DNA of 40,705 bases, from IMG/VR virus record IMGVR_UViG_3300036778_000215, positions 1 through 40,705 of that record; one strand, given 5' to 3'. Made by a program: the position numbers and the translations under genes. The first letter of the stretch is position 1. Every line of letters begins with the position of its first letter. The DNA is from a virus (lineage: Duplodnaviria > Caudoviricetes). This document shows, piece after piece, positions 1-7,750 of the stretch. The notes beneath the pieces were generated by a model, which saw nothing but the letters and a program-made list of their open reading frames with translations, was not told the origin of the DNA and ran no database searches.

Positions 1-1128
1 TCAGACCGCAATAGTGGTCCATCCTTTGCCCCGATCGTCATGGTATCGAGCCGTCTGATTCGGTGATTTATGACCGAGCAGTTTCTGCGTATCGATCCCC
101 TGGGCCTCATACAGACGCTCCGCCAGCGACCGCTGTTCGTGAAACGTTGCCGGCGTACCGTCTCCCCATTCAAGCTCTGCTTTATCCCGTGCCTTGCTGA
201 AATTCATCGTGATGGTATTGGATTTTACCTGCGCGCCACGTTCTGCCTGTGATGTTGCCCGAAAGAAGTGGACCATATAGGGACTGACCGCATAATCGCG
301 GCATCTGGCTATCACATCTCGCAGACACCAACCTATCGCGTTCAGGCGTAGGGAAAGGGGGATCGCAATTTTGCTCCCGGTTTTCTCCTGCACAACGTGA
401 AGATGATCTTCCCAGACATCCGTGAATTTCATGTTCGATACATCACCTAATCGCTGGCCAGTGACCAGCGCCAGCAGCATAGCGTTTCCCATGTAGCGGT
501 GATTGGCGTCGGCAATGTCGAAAATCTTCTGCCATTCCTCCAGTGAGAGGCGCTGTCTTGAAATTCTACGTCGTGGCTGCTTCGTCGCGAGGGCAGGGTT
601 ATAACCCGGTGGAACCTCGCCGAAATGTTGAGCCTCCTTAAAAATGTCGATCAGAACAGAGCGAATCACCTGCGCCATTCTCGGCTGCCCGGCGGCAATA
701 TAGTCATCGAGGATCTGTGCAACGTCGCGAACGTCAACTGCTGATATCAGCTTCATACCCACACGCTCCTTAAGCAGTGATACTGGTTTGGCTTTTTGTT
801 TATAGGTGTTCAGCTTTATATCGCCAGATTCAAGGCGTTCTTCTTGTATTTTCCAGTAGCGTTCAAGCCACGTTATGGTGGTGATCGCTTTTCCTTTGCT
901 GGTGGCGATCCGGTCGCTGAGCGCTAATATTTGTCGGGTGCGTTGTTCAGCCAGGCGGGAATTAGCTTCGACCGCAATAGATATGGCCTCTTCCTCATTG
1001 GTTCCGAGGCTATGAAATTTCCCGGTTATCGGGTGTTTATATCGCCAGTAAACTTTGTTCACTTTGCGGCTATATAACGGGTAAAGGTTTGGCACCTTAA
1101 CGTTATTTTTACGGGGTCTGGCAGCCAT
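1..1128 (-). CDS. int: Tyrosine integrase, lambda family
   Basis: N-terminal arm-binding domain; catalytic motifs TGQRLGD, HEQR, LLGH and Y (TARYHD). Confidence 0.97.
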   Translation of the reverse strand: MAARPRKNNVKVPNLYPLYSRKVNKVYWRYKHPITGKFHSLGTNEEEAISIAVEANSRLAEQRTRQILALSDRIATSKGKAITTITWLERYWKIQEERLESGDIKLNTYKQKAKPVSLLKERVGMKLISAVDVRDVAQILDDYIAAGQPRMAQVIRSVLIDIFKEAQHFGEVPPGYNPALATKQPRRRISRQRLSLEEWQKIFDIADANHRYMGNAMLLALVTGQRLGDVSNMKFTDVWEDHLHVVQEKTGSKIAIPLSLRLNAIGWCLRDVIARCRDYAVSPYMVHFFRATSQAERGAQVKSNTITMNFSKARDKAELEWGDGTPATFHEQRSLAERLYEAQGIDTQKLLGHKSPNQTARYHDDRGKGWTTIAV

Positions 1129-1354
1129 CGGATAATATCCTCTGCAGCTTGGGTGGATCTGACTTGTTAATCACTGGCTGAGCTATATTTCCGGTTATTT
1201 CCGCATCTTCTCTCACCCGCCAGAACTTACCTTCTTTGCGCGCTGGTGGACAGAACATGCTTTGCTTCGCATACCGGCGCAATGTGCTCAAGCTGGGCGG
1301 ATTGCTACGGTATTTGTCTGCGGCCCATTCTTCTAAGGTCAACATTTGAAGCAT
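1109..1354 (-). CDS. xis: Excisionase
   Basis: 81 aa, LTLEEWA...PPARKEGKFWRV pattern, overlaps int start, RBS ATGGAG. Confidence 0.9.
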   Translation of the reverse strand: MLQMLTLEEWAADKYRSNPPSLSTLRRYAKQSMFCPPARKEGKFWRVREDAEITGNIAQPVINKSDPPKLQRILSDGCQTP

Positions 1355-1396
1355 GGCGATTCTCCATACGGCCCGGCTGCACCCGGGCCATGAGGT

Positions 1397-1966
1397 TTAT
1401 TCTTCGGCGCTGATGGGCAGCAGGCGCTGCCAGATTGCTGATACGTATTTCACCTGGTGTCGGGCATCAGCCAGCGCATTGTGGGCTACGCCATCGAATG
1501 GCATATCACGCTTCGGATCGAAGCCCAACTGGCGACCGAGCAGCACAATGGTGCGCACGTCGCTGTCGTTCCAGAATTTCCATGGGCATACGTGGCCGGC
1601 ACGTTCGTAAGCCGTCCGCAGAATGACGTTATCGAAGTTCGCACCATTACCCCAGACGTTCAGATAGCGCGGGTTGTCAGAGTTGCGGCTGATAAACGAG
1701 CTCAATTCGGACAGCGCATCCGCTATATGGAGGGCATCGTCATCACATACCGCCGCCCTGGCTTCTGCTGATTGTTTCAGCCACCACAGAATTGTGTCAC
1801 CGTCGGGAGTTGCGCCTTGATCCATGGCGCTGGACAGACTCACAGCACCATAGAATTCAGCGCCTAGCTCACCGCTTTTCGGGTCGAAAAACACAGCACC
1901 GATCGCGACAATTGGCGCAGCAGGCTTATTGCCCATGGTTTCGAGGTCGATCATAAGATGATTCAT
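1397..1966 (-). CDS. DEDDh 3'-5' exonuclease/exoribonuclease-like protein
   Basis: MIDLET, WGNGANFD and HNALADA motifs. Confidence 0.88.
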   Translation of the reverse strand: MNHLMIDLETMGNKPAAPIVAIGAVFFDPKSGELGAEFYGAVSLSSAMDQGATPDGDTILWWLKQSAEARAAVCDDDALHIADALSELSSFISRNSDNPRYLNVWGNGANFDNVILRTAYERAGHVCPWKFWNDSDVRTIVLLGRQLGFDPKRDMPFDGVAHNALADARHQVKYVSAIWQRLLPISAEE

Positions 1967-1968
1967 TT

Positions 1969-2142
1969 TTAGCTCTCAAATTTCCAGGTATGGTTAACAA
2001 TTTCAGTGGCATCGCCACGGCATGGGTTGTCCAACTGCTGACCTCCACATTGACCGTATTCGACGTCCACCCAATCTGAAATATCTTTGTCAGTGGCGTG
2101 ATCTGGAACGTCAATTTCCAGTGTGATGACAATAGTTTTCAT
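1969..2142 (-). CDS. Small hypothetical phage protein (57 aa)
   Basis: ATG at 2142 overlaps the upstream stop (TAATG) after GGAGG; the longer ORF-track start overlaps the upstream gene. Confidence 0.6.
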   Translation of the reverse strand: MKTIVITLEIDVPDHATDKDISDWVDVEYGQCGGQQLDNPCRGDATEIVNHTWKFES

Positions 2143-2801
2143 TACCCCTCCTGCTTCGGTATAGCTGCGAGCATGGCCTGCCATTGATGGTCTGGGCTCC
2201 ATACTCCATGACACCCAGATTCAGCCTCTTCATTTGCGGTATGAAACGCTTCACGCATCTCAGGTGTCGGCTCTTTGGGAACCAATTGCCAACCGTCTGG
2301 AGTTGCAAGAGTGTCGTCTTTTGCTGGGTCAAACCCAATCCACTCAACACCACCTGCATTAAACATGGCAGTGCGATAAGCTGAAATACCCGCTTTTACG
2401 CGATCCCACGCCTCATGGTCGCGATCTGATATGCGAATGACGTCCTCCACTGATGCCAGCAGTTCGGAGGGCAATACATAATCGAGCTGCGGGGCGGTGT
2501 AGAGAGGGACGACGAAGATTCCTCCATTATCTGCAACGTCCCGTTCGGCATCTGATTTGTTGAATTTAAGATATGATTGAAAGCGATGAACCGAAAGCCA
2601 GTATTTAGGTTCGCTAGCTGCTTTGCGGTATTGCTGAAGCTCTGATTCAATAACGGTTTGATTGGCGCGGCGGCGTTTCAGCTCCAACAGCAAGCAAATT
2701 AGCTGCTGATTCTCCGTATCACTCGGCGAGGTCATTGCCTCCAAGACCTCAATATGAGCGCTCAGACCGTGGTCGTCCTTTAGGTTGTTATTGGTCATCA
2801 C
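2142..2801 (-). CDS. Eaa-like mosaic early protein
   Basis: VPLYTAP and PDGWQLVPKEPT..M...WQAMLAA segments typical of P22 Eaa-type proteins. Confidence 0.65.
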   Translation of the reverse strand: MMTNNNLKDDHGLSAHIEVLEAMTSPSDTENQQLICLLLELKRRRANQTVIESELQQYRKAASEPKYWLSVHRFQSYLKFNKSDAERDVADNGGIFVVPLYTAPQLDYVLPSELLASVEDVIRISDRDHEAWDRVKAGISAYRTAMFNAGGVEWIGFDPAKDDTLATPDGWQLVPKEPTPEMREAFHTANEEAESGCHGVWSPDHQWQAMLAAIPKQEG

Positions 2802-3109
2802 TCTTCTTCCTCTGGCAAGATCAGGATGGTGTCGTCCGGTACAGTGATGGTGAGCTGCGCACTGTAGCCACGCTCATGCATGGCGTAAGTAACAGGCCAT
2901 GCTGGCAGCGGCTTATTTTCGGCAACTTGACTGATGCCGATGCTCCACAGCCCTGAGTCGAGGTAATAACCAACCACCTGTAGCTCACCCTCAGCCGATT
3001 TGAGGTGATAGATGCCTGGGGAGTTGTAGCAACCAATCTCTTCGATGATCTCGCCTTCACACTCCAGCAGATCATCGCTGGCACCATAAAATGTAAGTTC
3101 TTTTGCCAT
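2798..3109 (-). CDS. Hypothetical phage protein (FYGASDDL motif)
   Basis: 103-aa ORF overlapping its neighbour in the leftward operon. Confidence 0.7.
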   Translation of the reverse strand: MAKELTFYGASDDLLECEGEIIEEIGCYNSPGIYHLKSAEGELQVVGYYLDSGLWSIGISQVAENKPLPAWPVTYAMHERGYSAQLTITVPDDTILILPEEEE

Positions 3110-3114
3110 GTCAG

Positions 3115-3501
3115 TTATTCCTTATTTGCGGGCAGTTGCTCAGCAACTGCGGCTCTGATGCGCGCAAGTTCTTTGTCTGCCTCATTACCCCAGTTCGTGC
3201 CGTGCTTCAGGTACAGTTGCAACATCCAGTGGATGACCGCCGCCTGTTCACATTCTGATTTTTTGGGGATATCGAACCCGCCTAATCGCAAAAATGAAGC
3301 CAGACCGGCACACAGGAAATTTGGTCTGCCGAGAATAGCCAGCAGGTGATCGTCCATCGGTGGGATGGTGCGATCCTTTACCAGAGCTGCCTGAACATCG
3401 AGCTGGGTAGCCAGCTGCTTGACTACGGTTGCGTCTGGCTCGCCGAGTCTTTTTGAAAGCTGGTGGCCTGCTGCCACCAGATCGCGAATAGAGATATTCA
3501 C
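3115..3501 (-). CDS. Ead/Ea22-like early protein
   Basis: LVAAGH...LATQLDV N-terminus; 4-bp overlap with the upstream HD gene. Confidence 0.55.
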   Translation of the reverse strand: MNISIRDLVAAGHQLSKRLGEPDATVVKQLATQLDVQAALVKDRTIPPMDDHLLAILGRPNFLCAGLASFLRLGGFDIPKKSECEQAAVIHWMLQLYLKHGTNWGNEADKELARIRAAVAEQLPANKE

Positions 3502-4028
3502 AGGCGCTCACCAGTTAGTTCAGCGAAACGGTTCAAAAACAGGCCGTAAGCCTGACCGGGCTTGAGGGGAATGAGGGTAAATTCTTCTGATGGTGGTATG
3601 CCTTCGAGAACAGGCCAGATTGAACCATCATCCAGATCGAGGTCGCGACGTTCAGTCGCCAACATGATCAGATCCGCATATTTAACTGGTGTGCTCATGG
3701 TCTCTGGCAGGCCATACTTCTGACGAATGACAATATCCACTGTCTCTTCGATACACTGGTAGTCAGGTAGCAGGCGTTTCAGCGGTGCCGGAATATCCTG
3801 GCAATATGCCTCTGCGGCATCGTGCATCAGGGCTTCGAGTGCAAACTCTGCTGGTACAATCTGGCTACACAATACTGCGTGCTGGGCGACGCTGTAGAAC
3901 TCCGGTACATGCCCGGCAAAACGGCAGATGTTGGACAAGGCCACCGCAATATCATCGGTGATAATCTGGCTGGCCGTGACATTGCGATAATCAATGTGCT
4001 GGCCTGAGTAGGTTTTTAAAAATGGCAT
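3498..4028 (-). CDS. yfdR: HD-domain phosphohydrolase, YfdR-like
   Basis: ICRFAGH, YSVAQH, LMHDAAEAY, KYAD; start reassigned to ATG 4028 after ATGGAG. Confidence 0.88.
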   Translation of the reverse strand: MPFLKTYSGQHIDYRNVTASQIITDDIAVALSNICRFAGHVPEFYSVAQHAVLCSQIVPAEFALEALMHDAAEAYCQDIPAPLKRLLPDYQCIEETVDIVIRQKYGLPETMSTPVKYADLIMLATERRDLDLDDGSIWPVLEGIPPSEEFTLIPLKPGQAYGLFLNRFAELTGERL

Positions 4029-4159
4029 ATATTCTCCATATATTCGCAGCTGCACCTGCGGCTGTTTTCGGGTGTGCGAATCCCTCACCAGATGGCGATA
4101 AATAACGGAATTACGCTTCACTAATTGCCCCGATGTGCAGGGCAATTAAGGCAGAGCAA

Positions 4160-4990
4160 TTACGCTTTGAAGTTACCGATAAAGGTTTCTACCGGCTTAC
4201 CGTCGAATTTCTCGATCAGCAGGTCGCGGAACTCGTTGGCGATGGACTCTTCCAGTGCCTCCAGCTGCACAACGCGAAGCACGAACATCGGTTCACCACT
4301 TTTCAGCAGGCTGTTACGGAGGCTGAAACGGCGCTCTGTCAGCCCTTCATACGGCACGCATTTGAACTCGAAGGCAACCGGCATAACGTCTTTACTGCTG
4401 GCTTCCACGCTTTCCATAAGGGACTTTTTGCCGCTGAAATCTTCGTCTTCGTGCGCAGACTCCGACACCTGTTTGATATTGACGCGGCGTACAGCCTGAG
4501 CCGCCTGTGCGATGGTCATGGTATTGCCGCTGGCATCGAACGCCGTCAGGAAGTCGCTCCAGTCTTCCAGCCATTCGGCGATCTGCTTCTGGTTCAGGCG
4601 GTCGCCGTTAATTGCAAGTAGCGCACGGAATGGGGCAGTTTTATTGAGCTTGATCGTGGATACGTTGTCGGCGTGGCCTGGGTGGTCCAGGGTGCCAATA
4701 TTGAAGATCGAACGGGCCGACATGTTTTCGGCATCAATAAAGCAGCGTGCTTTTTCATCGGTGCTGGCATAGCCGGAAGAGTAACGCACAAAATCGTCAA
4801 TACTGGTGGTGTCCATGGCGCCACGGAAGCGGAAGCGTTCCAGAGACAGATTTTCGAGACTTTGAATACGGGTACCATCCGGGATAATCGCGGTTGGACA
4901 TGCCATTGCGTCAATATCTTTGAGGTGGTAGCCAGACAGAACCAGGTCTTTAACTTGCTGGATCGCGCTGCTGTCTAATTGCTGAGACAT
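4160..4990 (-). CDS. yfdQ: YfdQ/DUF2303 family protein
   Basis: RFRFRG, QKQIAEWLEDW, FKCVPYEGL; synteny with yfdP and yfdR. Confidence 0.88.
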   Translation of the reverse strand: MSQQLDSSAIQQVKDLVLSGYHLKDIDAMACPTAIIPDGTRIQSLENLSLERFRFRGAMDTTSIDDFVRYSSGYASTDEKARCFIDAENMSARSIFNIGTLDHPGHADNVSTIKLNKTAPFRALLAINGDRLNQKQIAEWLEDWSDFLTAFDASGNTMTIAQAAQAVRRVNIKQVSESAHEDEDFSGKKSLMESVEASSKDVMPVAFEFKCVPYEGLTERRFSLRNSLLKSGEPMFVLRVVQLEALEESIANEFRDLLIEKFDGKPVETFIGNFKA

Positions 4991-5048
4991 AAAAATTCCT
5001 TATTAATAAACTGACTGAATGTTTAATTGGGTATTAATCAATCGCGGC

Positions 5049-5420
5049 TTACTGAGCCGCTCGAAGCTTTGCGTCTGGATCTCCGCCAAGAGTGAACAGG
5101 TTGCCCTGGTCTTCCTGCAGAATGGTTAGCTTGCCGCCACGGTTGACGTACATCGGCGTTTCGGTAGTGTCTTCTTCTGAGGTTTTCCCGCGTGGAGTGG
5201 GGCAGGAATACTGTAATTTGTGCTTGATCATCACTCGCTTCTCTTCGGTAGAGTTGCTCATACGATCAAGGTCAAAAGTAAGGGTGACTTTCCCTTTGTT
5301 ACCGTTGTTCAGGACGCCCAGTGCGGTGGTATTCAGCGCAGCGGCGATTTTGTTCATGAACACACCGGCATCCAGTTCGCCCAGAAAGTCGGGCACTACG
5401 GTCATGCGATCATTGCTCAT
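5049..5420 (-). CDS. yfdP: YfdP-like protein
   Basis: VPDFLGELDAGVF, PTPRGK.SEEDTTETPMYVN.GG. Confidence 0.85.
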   Translation of the reverse strand: MSNDRMTVVPDFLGELDAGVFMNKIAAALNTTALGVLNNGNKGKVTLTFDLDRMSNSTEEKRVMIKHKLQYSCPTPRGKTSEEDTTETPMYVNRGGKLTILQEDQGNLFTLGGDPDAKLRAAQ

Positions 5421-5467
5421 AGCATTTCCTCTCGGTTAAGCGGCTGCCGCCGCTGTAAGTTTCTCCA

Positions 5468-5583
5468 TACACAACAGAGAAGAGCACCTGCGCGCTGGTT
5501 CGGGGTAGGAGAGCCGTTCCCGTTGCGCCCGGGTGGATTGGGTTATGAGCCCGTCGCCCGGTGATGCTCTTGTCTGTTGTGTA
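5468..5583 (-). other. Long stem-closed RNA domain (RNase III-type stem)
   Basis: 5468-5486 is the reverse complement of 5565-5583 with one mismatch. Confidence 0.7.
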
Positions 5584-5640
5584 AAAAGGGCGGTACCAGA
5601 AATAAGGGAGAGAAACTGGTACCGCCAAACTACACACAGC
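5583..5640 (-). ncRNA. dicF: DicF-like small RNA / intrinsic terminator
   Basis: Minus strand GUUUGGCGGUACCAGUUUCUCUCCCUUAUUUCUGGUACCGCCCUUUUU resembles E. coli DicF as recalled; 11-bp stem 5589-5599/5616-5626 plus U tail; AGUUUCUCUCC is complementary to the ftsZ RBS. Confidence 0.75.
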
Positions 5641-5759
5641 AATGTCGTTGTGGTGGGGCTGTCACTTAGGCGTATGGTCAACCTGACAACCCGGTGTCCT
5701 TACACAGGTGAAGGAGTCGCACCTGGCCATACTTACCGCCGCGCCGTTTCGCGGATTGC

Positions 5760-5922
5760 CACAACGAAGAGAGCACTCAATGTGTAACAGGGTCCGATTT
5801 TGGGAACGGTTGGAGGAGATACGGCGCACCAATCTCACAAGCAGCCTCGGATTTAAGTTACCTTTCTAAGCCTGATACCGTGCGGATCTCGCAAGCCGAC
5901 GCGGAGTGCTCTCATCGTTGTG
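5760..5922 (-). other. Long stem-closed RNA domain (RNase III-type stem)
   Basis: 5760-5778 pairs with 5904-5922 with one mismatch; arm sequence resembles the 5468-5583 stem. Confidence 0.7.
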
Positions 5923-6071
5923 TGCTGGTCTTTCCCAGCCGTCAGCGCGCTTCCTCTACTTGCCGCGCAGAGCCGTCTACTTCCGTGCTGTCACTGTCGC
6001 TGTCTGGCCGGACATCCGCCATTTCTCCCGATTACGCCCGTCGTCGGCGGCGGTCTTTCCCTGCTGTCGTT

Positions 6072-6234
6072 CAAGTACCTTCGGGCGGGGTGCTAATGGG
6101 GTGATTAGCCCTGATCATTAACACTCCTGCTGGTTTTTGGTATTCCGGCTTGGGTATCGCCACCAGCTATGGAAGTTGACTACGAGTTGCGGTTAATCAG
6201 GCCGCGCCTCTGTTACCCCTCCCGAAGACACCTG
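6072..6234 (-). ncRNA. Putative multibranch structured RNA
   Basis: On the minus strand 6215-6234 pairs with 6072-6091 (G-U pairs, one mismatch); nested helices inside. Confidence 0.55.
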
Positions 6235-6241
6235 GTACTGC

Positions 6242-6475
6242 TTATCTCTTCCTGTCAGGTAGACCAAGGATTTCGCGCATTTCTTTCTGCGTGCGGATGG
6301 TTTTCGTAATCGTCAGATCAACATCTCCGCGATATGCTGTTCCGTCTTCACAGATGACCAGCGTTATGGTCTTTCTACCTGGCTTGCTTACTTCAAAGCG
6401 ATGAGCTTTGCGGATAACACGGCAATCTGCGGCCAGCGCATCCTTGATCAGATTTTCAATCCCTTTATTCGCCAT
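6242..6475 (-). CDS. Small basic hypothetical protein, first gene of the pL operon
   Basis: 77-aa ORF downstream of pL. Confidence 0.7.
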   Translation of the reverse strand: MANKGIENLIKDALAADCRVIRKAHRFEVSKPGRKTITLVICEDGTAYRGDVDLTITKTIRTQKEMREILGLPDRKR

Positions 6476-6510
6476 GTTCGTGCTCTCGCTTTGTGGTTTC
6501 CGTTACTGTT

Positions 6511-6574
6511 AGCGAATCATCCCGGTCTTCATTTGCCCCGGGCGGCTACTTCGTGGGCGTCCTGCCTGTTCGCT
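6511..6574 (-). ncRNA. Structured 5' leader of the pL transcript
   Basis: AGCGAA/UUCGCU closing stem with an internal CCCGG/CCGGG hairpin, a few nt after the predicted +1. Confidence 0.55.
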
Positions 6575-6579
6575 GTCGA

Positions 6580-6638
6580 TGGAATGAAGATAAAAGAATA
6601 TTGCGAATTACGCAAGTAATAAAATGCGCAATTCGCAA
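6580..6638 (-). promoter_or_regulatory. pL promoter with oL operators
   Basis: -35 TTGCGT, 17 bp, -10 TATCTT on the minus strand; operators TTGCGAATTACGCAA (6601-6615) and ATGCGCAATTCGCAA (6624-6638). Confidence 0.8.
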
Positions 6639-6649
6639 TATAAAGGGCG

Positions 6650-6671
6650 AAAAAAAACCGCCATTAGGCGG
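6650..6671 (-). terminator. Rho-independent terminator after cI
   Basis: CCGCC-TAAT-GGCGG followed by a T run on the minus strand. Confidence 0.8.
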
Positions 6672-6692
6672 CGGCTCTTTGTTGGTGGCGGG

Positions 6693-7388
6693 TTATCCGT
6701 GTCTTTTCATTGCCTGAGATTGACTAAGCATCACTTTCCCAAACACATAAAAGCGTTCTTCGTTCGATTGGTCAACAGACCACTCTCTGTATTTGGGATT
6801 ATCAGATATCACCAGAATTTTATCGGGGATCATCTGTAACCGTTTGACATAAATTTTCTCGTCAAAACCAAATACATAAATGCCATCACCATCAAATTCG
6901 TTGATTGACACATCAACAAAGATCAGGTCACCAGGCTCGATTGTATCAGCCATGCTGTCGCCGCGAACGTTAATTACTTTAACGGCATCTGGTGTCCTGC
7001 CACCAAACAGAGCTGCAGCTCGTTCACTGTTGTATTCGATTGATCTGATTACATCGATGACATCACTACCTTGTATAAAACCCATGCCAGCACTTGCGCT
7101 GACATCAAGCATTTCGACTCTAAACACCGGGTCACCCTCTCCGTAAACCGGACTATTGCCACTGGATTTATATACAGTAGTTTCATTTATGGAAGGTGTA
7201 AAGAGTTCAGCAACATCAACGCCGAGCGCAGTTGCATATTTGCTAAGCGATTGTTCAGTAAATGACTTTTGCTTTCCGGTCTCGACGCGAGAAACATTAG
7301 CACCGTCAATACCTACAGCATCAGCAAGGTCGGCAATTTTCATGCCTCTTGCGAGGCGCAATTCACGAATACGATTTCCTATGTTCAT
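6693..7388 (-). CDS. cI: CI-like repressor (XRE HTH + S24 peptidase)
   Basis: HTH, ASAG autocleavage site, GDSM catalytic Ser, YVKRL Lys; likely start ATG 7388. Confidence 0.95.
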   Translation of the reverse strand: MNIGNRIRELRLARGMKIADLADAVGIDGANVSRVETGKQKSFTEQSLSKYATALGVDVAELFTPSINETTVYKSSGNSPVYGEGDPVFRVEMLDVSASAGMGFIQGSDVIDVIRSIEYNSERAAALFGGRTPDAVKVINVRGDSMADTIEPGDLIFVDVSINEFDGDGIYVFGFDEKIYVKRLQMIPDKILVISDNPKYREWSVDQSNEERFYVFGKVMLSQSQAMKRHG

Positions 7389-7472
7389 GCGGCCCATTAC
7401 AGGTTGTTTTTGCGTGATATGCAAAGCAACTTGCGCAAGTCGTAACTACACATTAATATGCGTATTACGCAA
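7389..7472. promoter_or_regulatory. oR region with divergent pRM and pR
   Basis: Operators matching TTGCG-N5-CGCAA at 7410-7424, 7431-7445 and 7458-7472; pR TTGCGC-17-TAATAT; pRM TTGCAT-17-TGTAAT on the minus strand. Confidence 0.8.
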
Positions 7473-7486
7473 TTACAGGGGGCTTT

Positions 7487-7750
7487 ATGCAATCACCGTT
7501 AAGAAATTTGCGAAAATCGCAAGGTCTAACACTCTCACATGTCGCCAATTTGGTTGACATTGATCCAGCCAATTTAAGCCGCATTGAGCGGGGGCAGCAA
7601 ATCGCCTCTCTCGATGTAGCGGAAAGACTGGTGAAGTTTTTTTCGGGCCAGATCGACGAACTCCAGATTTTGTACCCGCAGCGTTATGCAAATCCTACAC
7701 AGGATAGCGGTAAAGCTGAACCACAGAAAAAAGGGGATAACCGTGGGTAA
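7487..7750 (+). CDS. cro: Cro-like HTH regulator
   Basis: LSHVANLVDIDPANLSRIERG HTH, divergent from cI. Confidence 0.9.
   Translation: MQSPLRNLRKSQGLTLSHVANLVDIDPANLSRIERGQQIASLDVAERLVKFFSGQIDELQILYPQRYANPTQDSGKAEPQKKGDNRG

Noticed and set aside
1-60. attL/attR core sequence
   Set aside because: The window starts at the integrase stop and ends at a start codon; no matching terminal repeat can be seen.
5468-5922. Possible CRISPR-like array from the repeated CACAAC..GAGCAC sequences
   Set aside because: Only two related copies, each an arm of an inverted repeat, unevenly spaced, and no cas genes.
5410-6121. ORFs of 70-115 aa on both strands in the pL leader
   Set aside because: No convincing RBS, overlapping frames and atypical composition; the extensive base pairing explains the region better.
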